Source: Giardia intestinalis (Eukaryota). From it: DNA of 64,000 nucleotides. Positions 30,760-41,122 of this stretch are shown here, one piece after another. Every line of letters begins with the position of its first letter. Position 1 is the stretch's first letter. Position numbers and translations under genes: made by a program. The stretch is taken from assembly GCA_000002435.2 (NCBI GenBank), contig CM018791.1. One strand, 5' to 3'. The notes under the pieces were generated by a model. The model worked only from the letters and a program-made list of their open reading frames with translations, had not been told where the DNA came from and ran no database searches.

Positions 30760-31764
30760 TCATTCACCTTTGGAACGTGCTTCTAGATCACTTAACCTTT
30801 TTTCTAGCCTGGCTCTTTCTTCGGCAGAGATACGGTTTTCCTCTTTTAAGAAAGCCACTTCCTCTCGAAGAGCGTGGAGCTCTTGTTTAAAAGAGGCCAA
30901 GATAGAGTCGATTCCATCATACGATGGTGAAAGACATGAATTATCCAACAATGCTAGAAACTGTTTCGCCGTTGGTCTTTTTGCTGGATCTTTGTCAAGA
31001 AGGGACTCAATGAGGGTCATGAGTCTTTGGTTGCAGAGATTCGATAGATCGCTGATGTTGTATGACTCTTTATGGAACAACTTCCCAGTTAGTAGCTCAT
31101 ATGCAATGACCCCTAGGCTCCACATATCTGAAGAAAAGGTGTACGCTTCACCACCACTGTCCATATCCACCTCTGGAGCCACGTACTGTGATTCCTTAGT
31201 ACTGCTAATAGCAGCGGTTTTCCAGTACCTGCAATGAATCCCAAAGTCAGTGACGATCACTTGCTCTTTTGAAGAATTAAACATGATATTGCTCGGCTTT
31301 AGGTTATAATGGGGAGTAGGAGAGCCTCCATTATTTAAGGTATGAAGGTGCTCTAATGCTTTACCGACTTGCCGAAGTATGCCCAATGCCTCTTGTAAGG
31401 GAAGTTCTCGTTTATCTCTCTGGCGCTTGCGCATCTCATTGTGAAGTGAATTGGTATACGCTGGTATTTTGATGAGGAGAAGCTTTGAATTTGTGCCGAA
31501 CATTATAATCCTCGCTAAATTAGGATGATTTATCCTTTTAAGCTCATCTAGCTTATCAAGTAGCTTATCAAGTTGATCAGATGTCAGCAAATCAACAGTC
31601 ATTTCCTTTGCAACTTCCTTCTCAGTGCTCAGCAATCTGTAAACATTTCCGTGTGGCCCAAATATTCTGTCCACATTCTTATCAGGGTTATTGTCTATAT
31701 CATCTCTAATATAAGAGAAATCCTCTTGTAATAAACTCGTTCGTTCTTTTCTGAGTGAAAACAT
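30760..31764 (-). CDS. NEK-like kinase domain protein with C-terminal coiled coil (334 aa), probably inactive
   Basis: HYNLKPSNIMF (HRD to HYN), VTDFG, YVAPEVDMD, SDMWSLGVIAYELLTG, DKDPAKRPTAKQF. No Gly-loop. C-terminal heptad coiled coil. Confidence 0.6.
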   Translation of the reverse strand: MFSLRKERTSLLQEDFSYIRDDIDNNPDKNVDRIFGPHGNVYRLLSTEKEVAKEMTVDLLTSDQLDKLLDKLDELKRINHPNLARIIMFGTNSKLLLIKIPAYTNSLHNEMRKRQRDKRELPLQEALGILRQVGKALEHLHTLNNGGSPTPHYNLKPSNIMFNSSKEQVIVTDFGIHCRYWKTAAISSTKESQYVAPEVDMDSGGEAYTFSSDMWSLGVIAYELLTGKLFHKESYNISDLSNLCNQRLMTLIESLLDKDPAKRPTAKQFLALLDNSCLSPSYDGIDSILASFKQELHALREEVAFLKEENRISAEERARLEKRLSDLEARSKGE

Positions 31765-34145
31765 ACGCTTGACAACCAGTCTTTTTCATTTTAGCAAATA
31801 ATCAGCAGGGATTACGATCTTTCGCCTCTCCTCTGTGACCCTGACCCACTTGTTGAGGGTCCGGCGATTCAGGAACTACCGAGCCTGACTGATCATGTGT
31901 TCTAACATGCTTCTTTCTGCAATTAATGGATCTGCAGCCACTGTCGTGACCACAACACCAGCAGGCCCCGTCCTCTGCACCAGGGGCTTGCGGGCCCCTC
32001 AGGCGCGCCCCTGTGCGGAGAGTTTGAAGCCAACGCAGTGGGTTTGGAGCCCACCTGCTGGCTCGACCGATGCCCGGCCTGCCTGGCCAGCAGGACGCTC
32101 TCCAGACCGGGCCTTGCCCTCCCATGCTTTAAACCCTGAAGGCTTTACTCGCAGACAGCTAGGCGCCGTCTCGCTTTTCTGACGGCCTTTTACATAGCTA
32201 ATAGAGTTGATGCGTGGAACGGTCTTGCGCTAGCGGAGAGCTTGTACTGCTCTTGACAGCGTGCAGAAGAGCCTCTCTGCTATTTTGTTAAGACGTACTT
32301 GCAATAAAGCACCTCCTACTTCTCTCTATTTTAGACCGCACTACTCTTTCTGAGGTTGGGACACAGCCCGCCACGCTCTTTGATGCAAGCCCACTGCAAT
32401 GTCAACCCTACTCCACGTATCCTGAACACCTGATCGAGTCTGTCCTATACTGTGCGTACCAGGCTTCCAAGGCACTAGGCACATAACCACCACTCACCTT
32501 AAGGCTAATTCCATAAAGTGTGGCAGAGCTTTTGCCCATGCCTTCGTCGCAAGACAAGCAGACAGCCGTTCGGCTCTACTCTTAAGCTCTGATCTGATGC
32601 ACACAAGGGGCCATACACTCTGTGCTGCACATCTTGTTGCTACCGGGAGGCAAACTGTTTGCATTAGTCCCTTGCGTAAAAGGTGAAGAGAGGGAACATC
32701 ACTTCTGCAGAGCAACTTTACAATCCATGGCTGCGTTTCTATAATCGACATTCTATCGAAAGAATTGCTGTGAGCATGCTCATGAAGCCATAGAAGGTTG
32801 TTGGAATAGGACTTCTAGCGATAATACTCATGATGTCCCTGTGAACATTCCTATCTGCTGCACTGTCATTGCCATGGTATATTTGCGGATAGATAAGCAA
32901 TTGTGGCAGCCCTAATTTGTTGTTGAGCTACCTCAGTCGCAACTCAAACGTAAAGCAATAGCACGCATCAGCATCTTGCTCGGCGATACCGATCGAAGAT
33001 TGTGCACACAGCCCTTATCTAGTCATTATGCTTAGCTTCTCGATCTTATGAGCTTTCTAATGCACTCTGATTTCTTCTGCCAACTGTCTCGACTTCATCA
33101 TCTGATCTTCTTTGGCTTTATTCATAGAGTTGTCTATTTGTGATGGATATTCATGCAGGATATATCAGCGTACTGCTGCACTCAACAAGAATGCAGGGGT
33201 GTCACTTTTAAAGCAGCCAGCCTCAAGGAGTTTAATGGCAGTCTCTGTTGAAGACATCCAGTATGTGTGCACTACTGGGAGTGATGTATCTCATCACTAA
33301 GGACTTTAGAAGTCATCTACACATTAATGAATAAGCCCCGAAAGAGCGTAGCCTGTAGCTATCTGCAGCCAAATATAGGGCATGTTGATCGCATACACAC
33401 ATCCTTCTCAGCATATCTCACACACAGCCCTTACTTGCATCCAGCCTGATCTTGTCAGTAGGCTGTGCTCTCCTTAACTATAATGAGGCAGCTATACAAA
33501 CTATCTCGATAGCGCCTCATAGAAACTATGCTTTGACGGTATATTCCTCTCTGCGAGTAGGATGTTCTGGATTGTCTGGACTGATGAGGATCGTATTAAG
33601 GTGCAAAGAAGTACAACGATGTGGCTGATTATGTAGAGAAGGTCGAGAGCGATTAGGTGGGTAGCCACTAGGAGAAGCCGGCGACAAGCGAGGCACCCTT
33701 ATATGAGCCGGAGCATTGCAGATTCAGATGTCCATTGTCTGTTCAGATATTGGTGCGCGACTCGCATGGAGCAGACAACATGCCCGCGATGGAGTAGTAG
33801 GAGACGCGTTTACAGCTAAGCGTGAGTCTACGCCTTTTCCAGCAGAGGAAGCCAATAACGTCAGTAGGAGGGGCAGAAAAGATATGACCACAGGCATACT
33901 ATGAGCTCCTCGTACTATGTGTAATGTTTGAGTCTAACTTTGTATTAACTAGCCTTACTCTTATTTAAATCAAGAGATAAATCTATGATATTGGTCGCTT
34001 CCCAGTAGCAATACGCCCCCGATTCTAAGCTTCTTTAATTAACTAAGTTACAGAAAGACGCTGCCAATTTAAGCTCTTCTCATTCATGGACCAATCTATA
34101 CATCTGAGTGAAGAAAGTACCAATTAATTACAGATCCTAACTCCA

Positions 34146-37100
34146 ATGTTACTAGTACTTCTCGCAAGTTGTATAGCTGTACAAGCCGCGGTGTGTGCGC
34201 CCGCGCTGATCGGCGCCGGGTGTGCGACATGCACAGGAGAGAACGACGGACAGACGTGCCTTACGTGTAATCCCCAAGAGAACAAGGTGCAGCCTGGCGG
34301 AAAGAAATGCGGAGTCGGCTGCCCGGCGAACTCCACCCCTAAGGAGAGCGTGTGCGAGTGCAACGGAGGATACAGGCCGAACGCCCAGGGCCAGTGCGAG
34401 CAAGACCCCGCCGCGGTGTGTGCGCCCGCGCTGATCGGCGCCGGGTGTGCGACATGCACAGGAGAGAACGACGGACAGACGTGCCTTACGTGTAATCCCC
34501 AAGAGAACAAGGTGCAGCCTGGCGGAAAGAAATGCGGAGTCGGCTGCCCGGCGAACTCCACCCCTAAGGAGAGCGTGTGCGAGTGCAACGGAGGATACAG
34601 GCCGAACGCCCAGGGCCAGTGCGAGCAAGACCCCGCCGCGGTGTGTGCGCCCGCGCTGATCGGCGCCGGGTGTGCGACATGCACAGGAGAGAACGACGGA
34701 CAGACGTGCCTTACGTGTAATCCCCAAGAGAACAAGGTGCAGCCTGGCGGAAAGAAATGCGGAGTCGGCTGCCCGGCGAACTCCACCCCTAAGGAGAGCG
34801 TGTGCGAGTGCAACGGAGGATACAGGCCGAACGCCCAGGGCCAGTGCGAGCAAGACCCCGCCGCGGTGTGTGCGCCCGCGCTGATCGGCGCCGGGTGTGC
34901 GACATGCACAGGAGAGAACGACGGACAGACGTGCCTTACGTGTAATCCCCAAGAGAACAAGGTGCAGCCTGGCGGAAAGAAATGCGGAGTCGGCTGCCCG
35001 GCGAACTCCACCCCTAAGGAGAGCGTGTGCGAGTGCAACGGAGGATACAGGCCGAACGCCCAGGGCCAGTGCGAGCAAGACCCCGCCGCGGTGTGTGCGC
35101 CCGCGCTGATCGGCGCCGGGTGTGCGACATGCACAGGAGAGAACGACGGACAGACGTGCCTTACGTGTAATCCCCAAGAGAACAAGGTGCAGCCTGGCGG
35201 AAAGAAATGCGGAGTCGGCTGCCCGGCGAACTCCACCCCTAAGGAGAGCGTGTGCGAGTGCAACGGAGGATACAGGCCGAACGCCCAGGGCCAGTGCGAG
35301 CAAGACCCCGCCGCGGTGTGTGCGCCCGCGCTGATCGGCGCCGGGTGTGCGACATGCACAGGAGAGAACGACGGACAGACGTGCCTTACGTGTAATCCCC
35401 AAGAGAACAAGGTGCAGCCTGGCGGAAAGAAATGCGGAGTCGGCTGCCCGGCGAACTCCACCCCTAAGGAGAGCGTGTGCGAGTGCAACGGAGGATACAG
35501 GCCGAACGCCCAGGGCCAGTGCGAGCAAGACCCCGCCGCGGTGTGTGCGCCCGCGCTGATCGGCGCCGGGTGTGCGACATGCACAGGAGAGAACGACGGA
35601 CAGACGTGCCTTACGTGTAATCCCCAAGAGAACAAGGTGCAGCCTGGCGGAAAGAAATGCGGAGTCGGCTGCCCGGCGAACTCCACCCCTAAGGAGAGCG
35701 TGTGCGAGTGCAACGGAGGATACAGGCCGAACGCCCAGGGCCAGTGCGAGCAAGACCCCGCCGCGGTGTGTGCGCCCGCGCTGATCGGCGCCGGGTGTGC
35801 GACATGCACAGGAGAGAACGACGGACAGACGTGCCTTACGTGTAATCCCCAAGAGAACAAGGTGCAGCCTGGCGGAAAGAAATGCGGAGTCGGCTGCCCG
35901 GCGAACTCCACCCCTAAGGAGAGCGTGTGCGAGTGCAACGGAGGATACAGGCCGAACGCCCAGGGCCAGTGCGAGCAAGACCCCGCCGCGGTGTGTGCGC
36001 CCGCGCTGATCGGCGCCGGGTGTGCGACATGCACAGGAGAGAACGACGGACAGACGTGCCTTACGTGTAATCCCCAAGAGAACAAGGTGCAGCCTGGCGG
36101 AAAGAAATGCGGAGTCGGCTGCCCGGCGAACTCCACCCCTAAGGAGAGCGTGTGCGAGTGCAACGGAGGATACAGGCCGAACGCCCAGGGCCAGTGCGAG
36201 CAAGACCCCGCCGCGGTGTGTGCGCCCGCGCTGATCGGCGCCGGGTGTGCGACATGCACAGGAGAGAACGACGGACAGACGTGCCTTACGTGTAATCCCC
36301 AAGAGAACAAGGTGCAGCCTGGCGGAAAGAAATGCGGAGTCGGCTGCCCGGCGAACTCCACCCCTAAGGAGAGCGTGTGCGAGTGCAACGGAGGATACAG
36401 GCCGAACGCCCAGGGCCAGTGCGAGCAAGACCCCGCCGCGGTGTGTGCGCCCGCGCTGATCGGCGCCGGGTGTGCGACATGCACAGGAGAGAACGACGGA
36501 CAGACGTGCCTTACGTGTAATCCCCAAGAGAACAAGGTGCAGCCTGGCGGAAAGAAATGCGGAGTCGGCTGCCCGGCGAACTCCACCCCTAAGGAGAGCG
36601 TGTGCGAGTGCAACGGAGGATACAGGCCGAACGCCCAGGGCCAGTGCGAGCAAGACCCCGCCGCGGTGTGTGCGCCCGCGCTGATCGGCGCCGGGTGTGC
36701 GACATGCACAGGAGAGAACGACGGACAGACGTGCCTTACGTGTAATCCCCAAGAGAACAAGGTGCAGCCTGGCGGAAAGAAATGCGGAGTCGGCTGCCCG
36801 GCGAACTCCACCCCTAAGGAGAGCGTGTGCGAGTGCAACGGAGGATACAGGCCGAACGCCCAGGGCCAGTGCGAGCAAGACCCCGCCGCGGTGTGTGCGC
36901 CCGCGCTGATCGGCGCCGGGTGTGCGACATGCACAGGAGAGAACGACGGACAGACGTGCCTTACGTGTAATCCCCAAGAGAACAAGGTGCAGCCTGGCGG
37001 AAAGAAATGCGGAGTCGGCTGCCCGGCGAACTCCACCCCTAAGGAGAGCGTGTGCGAGTGCAACGGAGGATACAGGCCGAACGCCCAGGGCCAGTGCGAG

Positions 37101-40100
37101 CAAGACCCCGCCGCGGTGTGTGCGCCCGCGCTGATCGGCGCCGGGTGTGCGACATGCACAGGAGAGAACGACGGACAGACGTGCCTTACGTGTAATCCCC
37201 AAGAGAACAAGGTGCAGCCTGGCGGAAAGAAATGCGGAGTCGGCTGCCCGGCGAACTCCACCCCTAAGGAGAGCGTGTGCGAGTGCAACGGAGGATACAG
37301 GCCGAACGCCCAGGGCCAGTGCGAGCAAGACCCCGCCGCGGTGTGTGCGCCCGCGCTGATCGGCGCCGGGTGTGCGACATGCACAGGAGAGAACGACGGA
37401 CAGACGTGCCTTACGTGTAATCCCCAAGAGAACAAGGTGCAGCCTGGCGGAAAGAAATGCGGAGTCGGCTGCCCGGCGAACTCCACCCCTAAGGAGAGCG
37501 TGTGCGAGTGCAACGGAGGATACAGGCCGAACGCCCAGGGCCAGTGCGAGCAAGACCCCGCCGCGGTGTGTGCGCCCGCGCTGATCGGCGCCGGGTGTGC
37601 GACATGCACAGGAGAGAACGACGGACAGACGTGCCTTACGTGTAATCCCCAAGAGAACAAGGTGCAGCCTGGCGGAAAGAAATGCGGAGTCGGCTGCCCG
37701 GCGAACTCCACCCCTAAGGAGAGCGTGTGCGAGTGCAACGGAGGATACAGGCCGAACGCCCAGGGCCAGTGCGAGCAAGACCCCGCCGCGGTGTGTGCGC
37801 CCGCGCTGATCGGCGCCGGGTGTGCGACATGCACAGGAGAGAACGACGGACAGACGTGCCTTACGTGTAATCCCCAAGAGAACAAGGTGCAGCCTGGCGG
37901 AAAGAAATGCGGAGTCGGCTGCCCGGCGAACTCCACCCCTAAGGAGAGCGTGTGCGAGTGCAACGGAGGATACAGGCCGAACGCCCAGGGCCAGTGCGAG
38001 CAAGACCCCGCCGCGGTGTGTGCGCCCGCGCTGATCGGCGCCGGGTGTGCGACATGCACAGGAGAGAACGACGGACAGACGTGCCTTACGTGTAATCCCC
38101 AAGAGAACAAGGTGCAGCCTGGCGGAAAGAAATGCGGAGTCGGCTGCCCGGCGAACTCCACCCCTAAGGAGAGCGTGTGCGAGTGCAACGGAGGATACAG
38201 GCCGAACGCCCAGGGCCAGTGCGAGCAAGACCCCGCCGCGGTGTGTGCGCCCGCGCTGATCGGCGCCGGGTGTGCGACATGCACAGGAGAGAACGACGGA
38301 CAGACGTGCCTTACGTGTAATCCCCAAGAGAACAAGGTGCAGCCTGGCGGAAAGAAATGCGGAGTCGGCTGCCCGGCGAACTCCACCCCTAAGGAGAGCG
38401 TGTGCGAGTGCAACGGAGGATACAGGCCGAACGCCCAGGGCCAGTGCGAGCAAGACCCCGCCGCGGTGTGTGCGCCCGCGCTGATCGGCGCCGGGTGTGC
38501 GACATGCACAGGAGAGAACGACGGACAGACGTGCCTTACGTGTAATCCCCAAGAGAACAAGGTGCAGCCTGGCGGAAAGAAATGCGGAGTCGGCTGCCCG
38601 GCGAACTCCACCCCTAAGGAGAGCGTGTGCGAGTGCAACGGAGGATACAGGCCGAACGCCCAGGGCCAGTGCGAGCAAGACCCCGCCGCGGTGTGTGCGC
38701 CCGCGCTGATCGGCGCCGGGTGTGCGACATGCACAGGAGAGAACGACGGACAGACGTGCCTTACGTGTAATCCCCAAGAGAACAAGGTGCAGCCTGGCGG
38801 AAAGAAATGCGGAGTCGGCTGCCCGGCGAACTCCACCCCTAAGGAGAGCGTGTGCGAGTGCAACGGAGGATACAGGCCGAACGCCCAGGGCCAGTGCGAG
38901 CAAGACCCCGCCGCGGTGTGTGCGCCCGCGCTGATCGGCGCCGGGTGTGCGACATGCACAGGAGAGAACGACGGACAGACGTGCCTTACGTGTAATCCCC
39001 AAGAGAACAAGGTGCAGCCTGGCGGAAAGAAATGCGGAGTCGGCTGCCCGGCGAACTCCACCCCTAAGGAGAGCGTGTGCGAGTGCAACGGAGGATACAG
39101 GCCGAACGCCCAGGGCCAGTGCGAGCAAGACCCCGCCGCGGTGTGTGCGCCCGCGCTGATCGGCGCCGGGTGTGCGACATGCACAGGAGAGAACGACGGA
39201 CAGACGTGCCTTACGTGTAATCCCCAAGAGAACAAGGTGCAGCCTGGCGGAAAGAAATGCGGAGTCGGCTGCCCGGCGAACTCCACCCCTAAGGAGAGCG
39301 TGTGCGAGTGCAACGGAGGATACAGGCCGAACGCCCAGGGCCAGTGCGAGCAAGACCCCGCCGCGGTGTGTGCGCCCGCGCTGATCGGCGCCGGGTGTGC
39401 GACATGCACAGGAGAGAACGACGGACAGACGTGCCTTACGTGTAATCCCCAAGAGAACAAGGTGCAGCCTGGCGGAAAGAAATGCGGAGTCGGCTGCCCG
39501 GCGAACTCCACCCCTAAGGAGAGCGTGTGCGAGTGCAACGGAGGATACAGGCCGAACGCCCAGGGCCAGTGCGAGCAAGACCCCGCCGCGGTGTGTGCGC
39601 CCGCGCTGATCGGCGCCGGGTGTGCGACATGCACAGGAGAGAACGACGGACAGACGTGCCTTACGTGTAATCCCCAAGAGAACAAGGTGCAGCCTGGCGG
39701 AAAGAAATGCGGAGTCGGCTGCCCGGCGAACTCCACCCCTAAGGAGAGCGTGTGCGAGTGCAACGGAGGATACAGGCCGAACGCCCAGGGCCAGTGCGAG
39801 CAAGACCCCGCCGCGGTGTGTGCGCCCGCGCTGATCGGCGCCGGGTGTGCGACATGCACAGGAGAGAACGACGGACAGACGTGCCTTACGTGTAATCCCC
39901 AAGAGAACAAGGTGCAGCCTGGCGGAAAGAAATGCGGAGTCGGCTGCCCGGCGAACTCCACCCCTAAGGAGAGCGTGTGCGAGTGCAACGGAGGATACAG
40001 GCCGAACGCCCAGGGCCAGTGCGAGCAAGACCCCGCCGCGGTGTGTGCGCCCGCGCTGATCGGCGCCGGGTGTGCGACATGCACAGGAGAGAACGACGGA

Positions 40101-40607
40101 CAGACGTGCCTTACGTGTAATCCCCAAGAGAACAAGGTGCAGCCTGGCGGAAAGAAATGCGGAGTCGGCTGCCCGGCGAACTCCACCCCTAAGGAGAGCG
40201 TGTGCGAGTGCAACGGAGGATACAGGCCGAACGCCCAGGGCCAGTGCGAGCAAGACCCCGCCGCGGTGTGTGCGCCCGCGCTGATCGGCGCCGGGTGTGC
40301 GACATGCACAGGAGAGAACGACGGACAGACGTGCCTTACGTGTAATCCCCAAGAGAACAAGGTGCAGCCTGGCGGAAAGAAATGCGGAGTCGGCTGCCCG
40401 GCGAACTCCACCCCTAAGGAGAGCGTGTGCGAGTGCAACGGAGGATACAGGCCGAACGCCCAGGGCCAGTGCGAGCCTTCTAATACTAATAAGAGTAGCG
40501 GTCTTTCTACCGGCGCCATAGCAGGCATCGCTGTGGCTGCTGTCATCGTTGTAGGAGGGCTCGTCGGCTTCCTTTGCTGGTGGTTCATATGTAGGGGGAA
40601 AGCGTAG
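34146..40607 (+). CDS. Variant-specific surface protein (VSP) with ~28 tandem 75-aa Cys-rich repeats (2153 aa)
   Basis: Signal peptide MLLVLLASCIAVQAA. 75-aa unit with 10 Cys (CATC, CLTC, CGVGC, CEC motifs) repeated 27 times plus one 70-aa copy. TM helix and invariant VSP tail ...GFLCWWFICRGKA. Followed by the conserved VSP 3' element ACTTAGGTAGTAAAC. Confidence 0.92.
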   Translation: MLLVLLASCIAVQAAVCAPALIGAGCATCTGENDGQTCLTCNPQENKVQPGGKKCGVGCPANSTPKESVCECNGGYRPNAQGQCEQDPAAVCAPALIGAGCATCTGENDGQTCLTCNPQENKVQPGGKKCGVGCPANSTPKESVCECNGGYRPNAQGQCEQDPAAVCAPALIGAGCATCTGENDGQTCLTCNPQENKVQPGGKKCGVGCPANSTPKESVCECNGGYRPNAQGQCEQDPAAVCAPALIGAGCATCTGENDGQTCLTCNPQENKVQPGGKKCGVGCPANSTPKESVCECNGGYRPNAQGQCEQDPAAVCAPALIGAGCATCTGENDGQTCLTCNPQENKVQPGGKKCGVGCPANSTPKESVCECNGGYRPNAQGQCEQDPAAVCAPALIGAGCATCTGENDGQTCLTCNPQENKVQPGGKKCGVGCPANSTPKESVCECNGGYRPNAQGQCEQDPAAVCAPALIGAGCATCTGENDGQTCLTCNPQENKVQPGGKKCGVGCPANSTPKESVCECNGGYRPNAQGQCEQDPAAVCAPALIGAGCATCTGENDGQTCLTCNPQENKVQPGGKKCGVGCPANSTPKESVCECNGGYRPNAQGQCEQDPAAVCAPALIGAGCATCTGENDGQTCLTCNPQENKVQPGGKKCGVGCPANSTPKESVCECNGGYRPNAQGQCEQDPAAVCAPALIGAGCATCTGENDGQTCLTCNPQENKVQPGGKKCGVGCPANSTPKESVCECNGGYRPNAQGQCEQDPAAVCAPALIGAGCATCTGENDGQTCLTCNPQENKVQPGGKKCGVGCPANSTPKESVCECNGGYRPNAQGQCEQDPAAVCAPALIGAGCATCTGENDGQTCLTCNPQENKVQPGGKKCGVGCPANSTPKESVCECNGGYRPNAQGQCEQDPAAVCAPALIGAGCATCTGENDGQTCLTCNPQENKVQPGGKKCGVGCPANSTPKESVCECNGGYRPNAQGQCEQDPAAVCAPALIGAGCATCTGENDGQTCLTCNPQENKVQPGGKKCGVGCPANSTPKESVCECNGGYRPNAQGQCEQDPAAVCAPALIGAGCATCTGENDGQTCLTCNPQENKVQPGGKKCGVGCPANSTPKESVCECNGGYRPNAQGQCEQDPAAVCAPALIGAGCATCTGENDGQTCLTCNPQENKVQPGGKKCGVGCPANSTPKESVCECNGGYRPNAQGQCEQDPAAVCAPALIGAGCATCTGENDGQTCLTCNPQENKVQPGGKKCGVGCPANSTPKESVCECNGGYRPNAQGQCEQDPAAVCAPALIGAGCATCTGENDGQTCLTCNPQENKVQPGGKKCGVGCPANSTPKESVCECNGGYRPNAQGQCEQDPAAVCAPALIGAGCATCTGENDGQTCLTCNPQENKVQPGGKKCGVGCPANSTPKESVCECNGGYRPNAQGQCEQDPAAVCAPALIGAGCATCTGENDGQTCLTCNPQENKVQPGGKKCGVGCPANSTPKESVCECNGGYRPNAQGQCEQDPAAVCAPALIGAGCATCTGENDGQTCLTCNPQENKVQPGGKKCGVGCPANSTPKESVCECNGGYRPNAQGQCEQDPAAVCAPALIGAGCATCTGENDGQTCLTCNPQENKVQPGGKKCGVGCPANSTPKESVCECNGGYRPNAQGQCEQDPAAVCAPALIGAGCATCTGENDGQTCLTCNPQENKVQPGGKKCGVGCPANSTPKESVCECNGGYRPNAQGQCEQDPAAVCAPALIGAGCATCTGENDGQTCLTCNPQENKVQPGGKKCGVGCPANSTPKESVCECNGGYRPNAQGQCEQDPAAVCAPALIGAGCATCTGENDGQTCLTCNPQENKVQPGGKKCGVGCPANSTPKESVCECNGGYRPNAQGQCEQDPAAVCAPALIGAGCATCTGENDGQTCLTCNPQENKVQPGGKKCGVGCPANSTPKESVCECNGGYRPNAQGQCEQDPAAVCAPALIGAGCATCTGENDGQTCLTCNPQENKVQPGGKKCGVGCPANSTPKESVCECNGGYRPNAQGQCEQDPAAVCAPALIGAGCATCTGENDGQTCLTCNPQENKVQPGGKKCGVGCPANSTPKESVCECNGGYRPNAQGQCEPSNTNKSSGLSTGAIAGIAVAAVIVVGGLVGFLCWWFICRGKA
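34191..40475 (+). repeat. Tandem repeat array, 225-bp unit x ~27.9, 100% identical copies
   Basis: Period 225 from the recurring ORF starts (34222, 34447, ... 40297). Identical translations in all three frames of both strands imply identity at nucleotide level. Confidence 0.92.
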
Positions 40608-40619
40608 ATGTACTTAGGT

Positions 40620-40626
40620 AGTAAAC
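40620..40626 (+). promoter_or_regulatory. Giardia poly(A) signal AGTAAAC within conserved VSP 3' motif
   Basis: tag-atgtACTTAGGTAGTAAAC 13 nt after the stop codon. Confidence 0.7.
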
Positions 40627-41122
40627 GCGTCACTGTATATGGCTCATATAAATGTGCTGCTGGGCTCACTTGAGGACCTGGTCCAGAGATCGTGCGGGTA
40701 ATCATCGCTCCTTCCTGGCCAGTTCAGAGACGAGGGTTGGCTGTGGATGATATAATAGGGATCTCCCTTCACTTGTATACCAGGAGTCTTTTGCGTCCCT
40801 CAGTTGTTCCGCAGAGGTGTGCTCAGTCTGAGTATGCACGTCGGTCCTTTAGGGGTTCAGGCCTTCTTGCAGACTCTCTGCTCTACCGGTGGCGCCTCTC
40901 CTTAGTCTTTCTTCGTGGTGGGTGAAGCTCCGGTCACCATCCTTTTTTAGATGCCCCGTCTGCCAGGGGCTGCCATCGGGCTCTCCGCTGGCTGGGCCCC
41001 TCGGTGTCCGGGCAGCTGTGGTTCTGGGTCAGTGCTCTACAGTCGCGGTCACTAGGTCCCAGTGGGTTCGGATGGTGGGTGAGGAGGGGTTGCTGAGGCG
41101 GTGAGGCTGGTGGGACCGGGGG

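Larger units (their letters stand above)
31936..41122. repeat. Left arm of large inverted repeat (palindrome)
   Basis: Reverse-complement identity to 42975-45998 verified at both boundaries. Mirrored ORF translations (32494-32751/45183-45440, 33112-33300/44634-44822, 33716-33904/44030-44218, 40692-40925/43084-43317) are identical, so the arms are effectively identical. One C/T mismatch was seen near 32070. Arm length is inflated by the 27 extra 225-bp repeat units. Confidence 0.9.

Noticed and set aside
34191-40475. Possible CRISPR-like array
   Set aside because: Direct repeats are contiguous with no unique spacers, are protein-coding, and the genome is eukaryotic (Giardia).
34124-40705. Giant minus-strand ORFs (2193 aa and 2066 aa) and 28 copies of a 70-aa + strand ORF (MRHAQERTTDRR...) overlapping the VSP repeats
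   Set aside because: Artefacts of a perfect 225-bp repeat that lacks stops in several frames. Only the + strand frame has signal peptide, CxxC repeats, TM and CRGKA tail.
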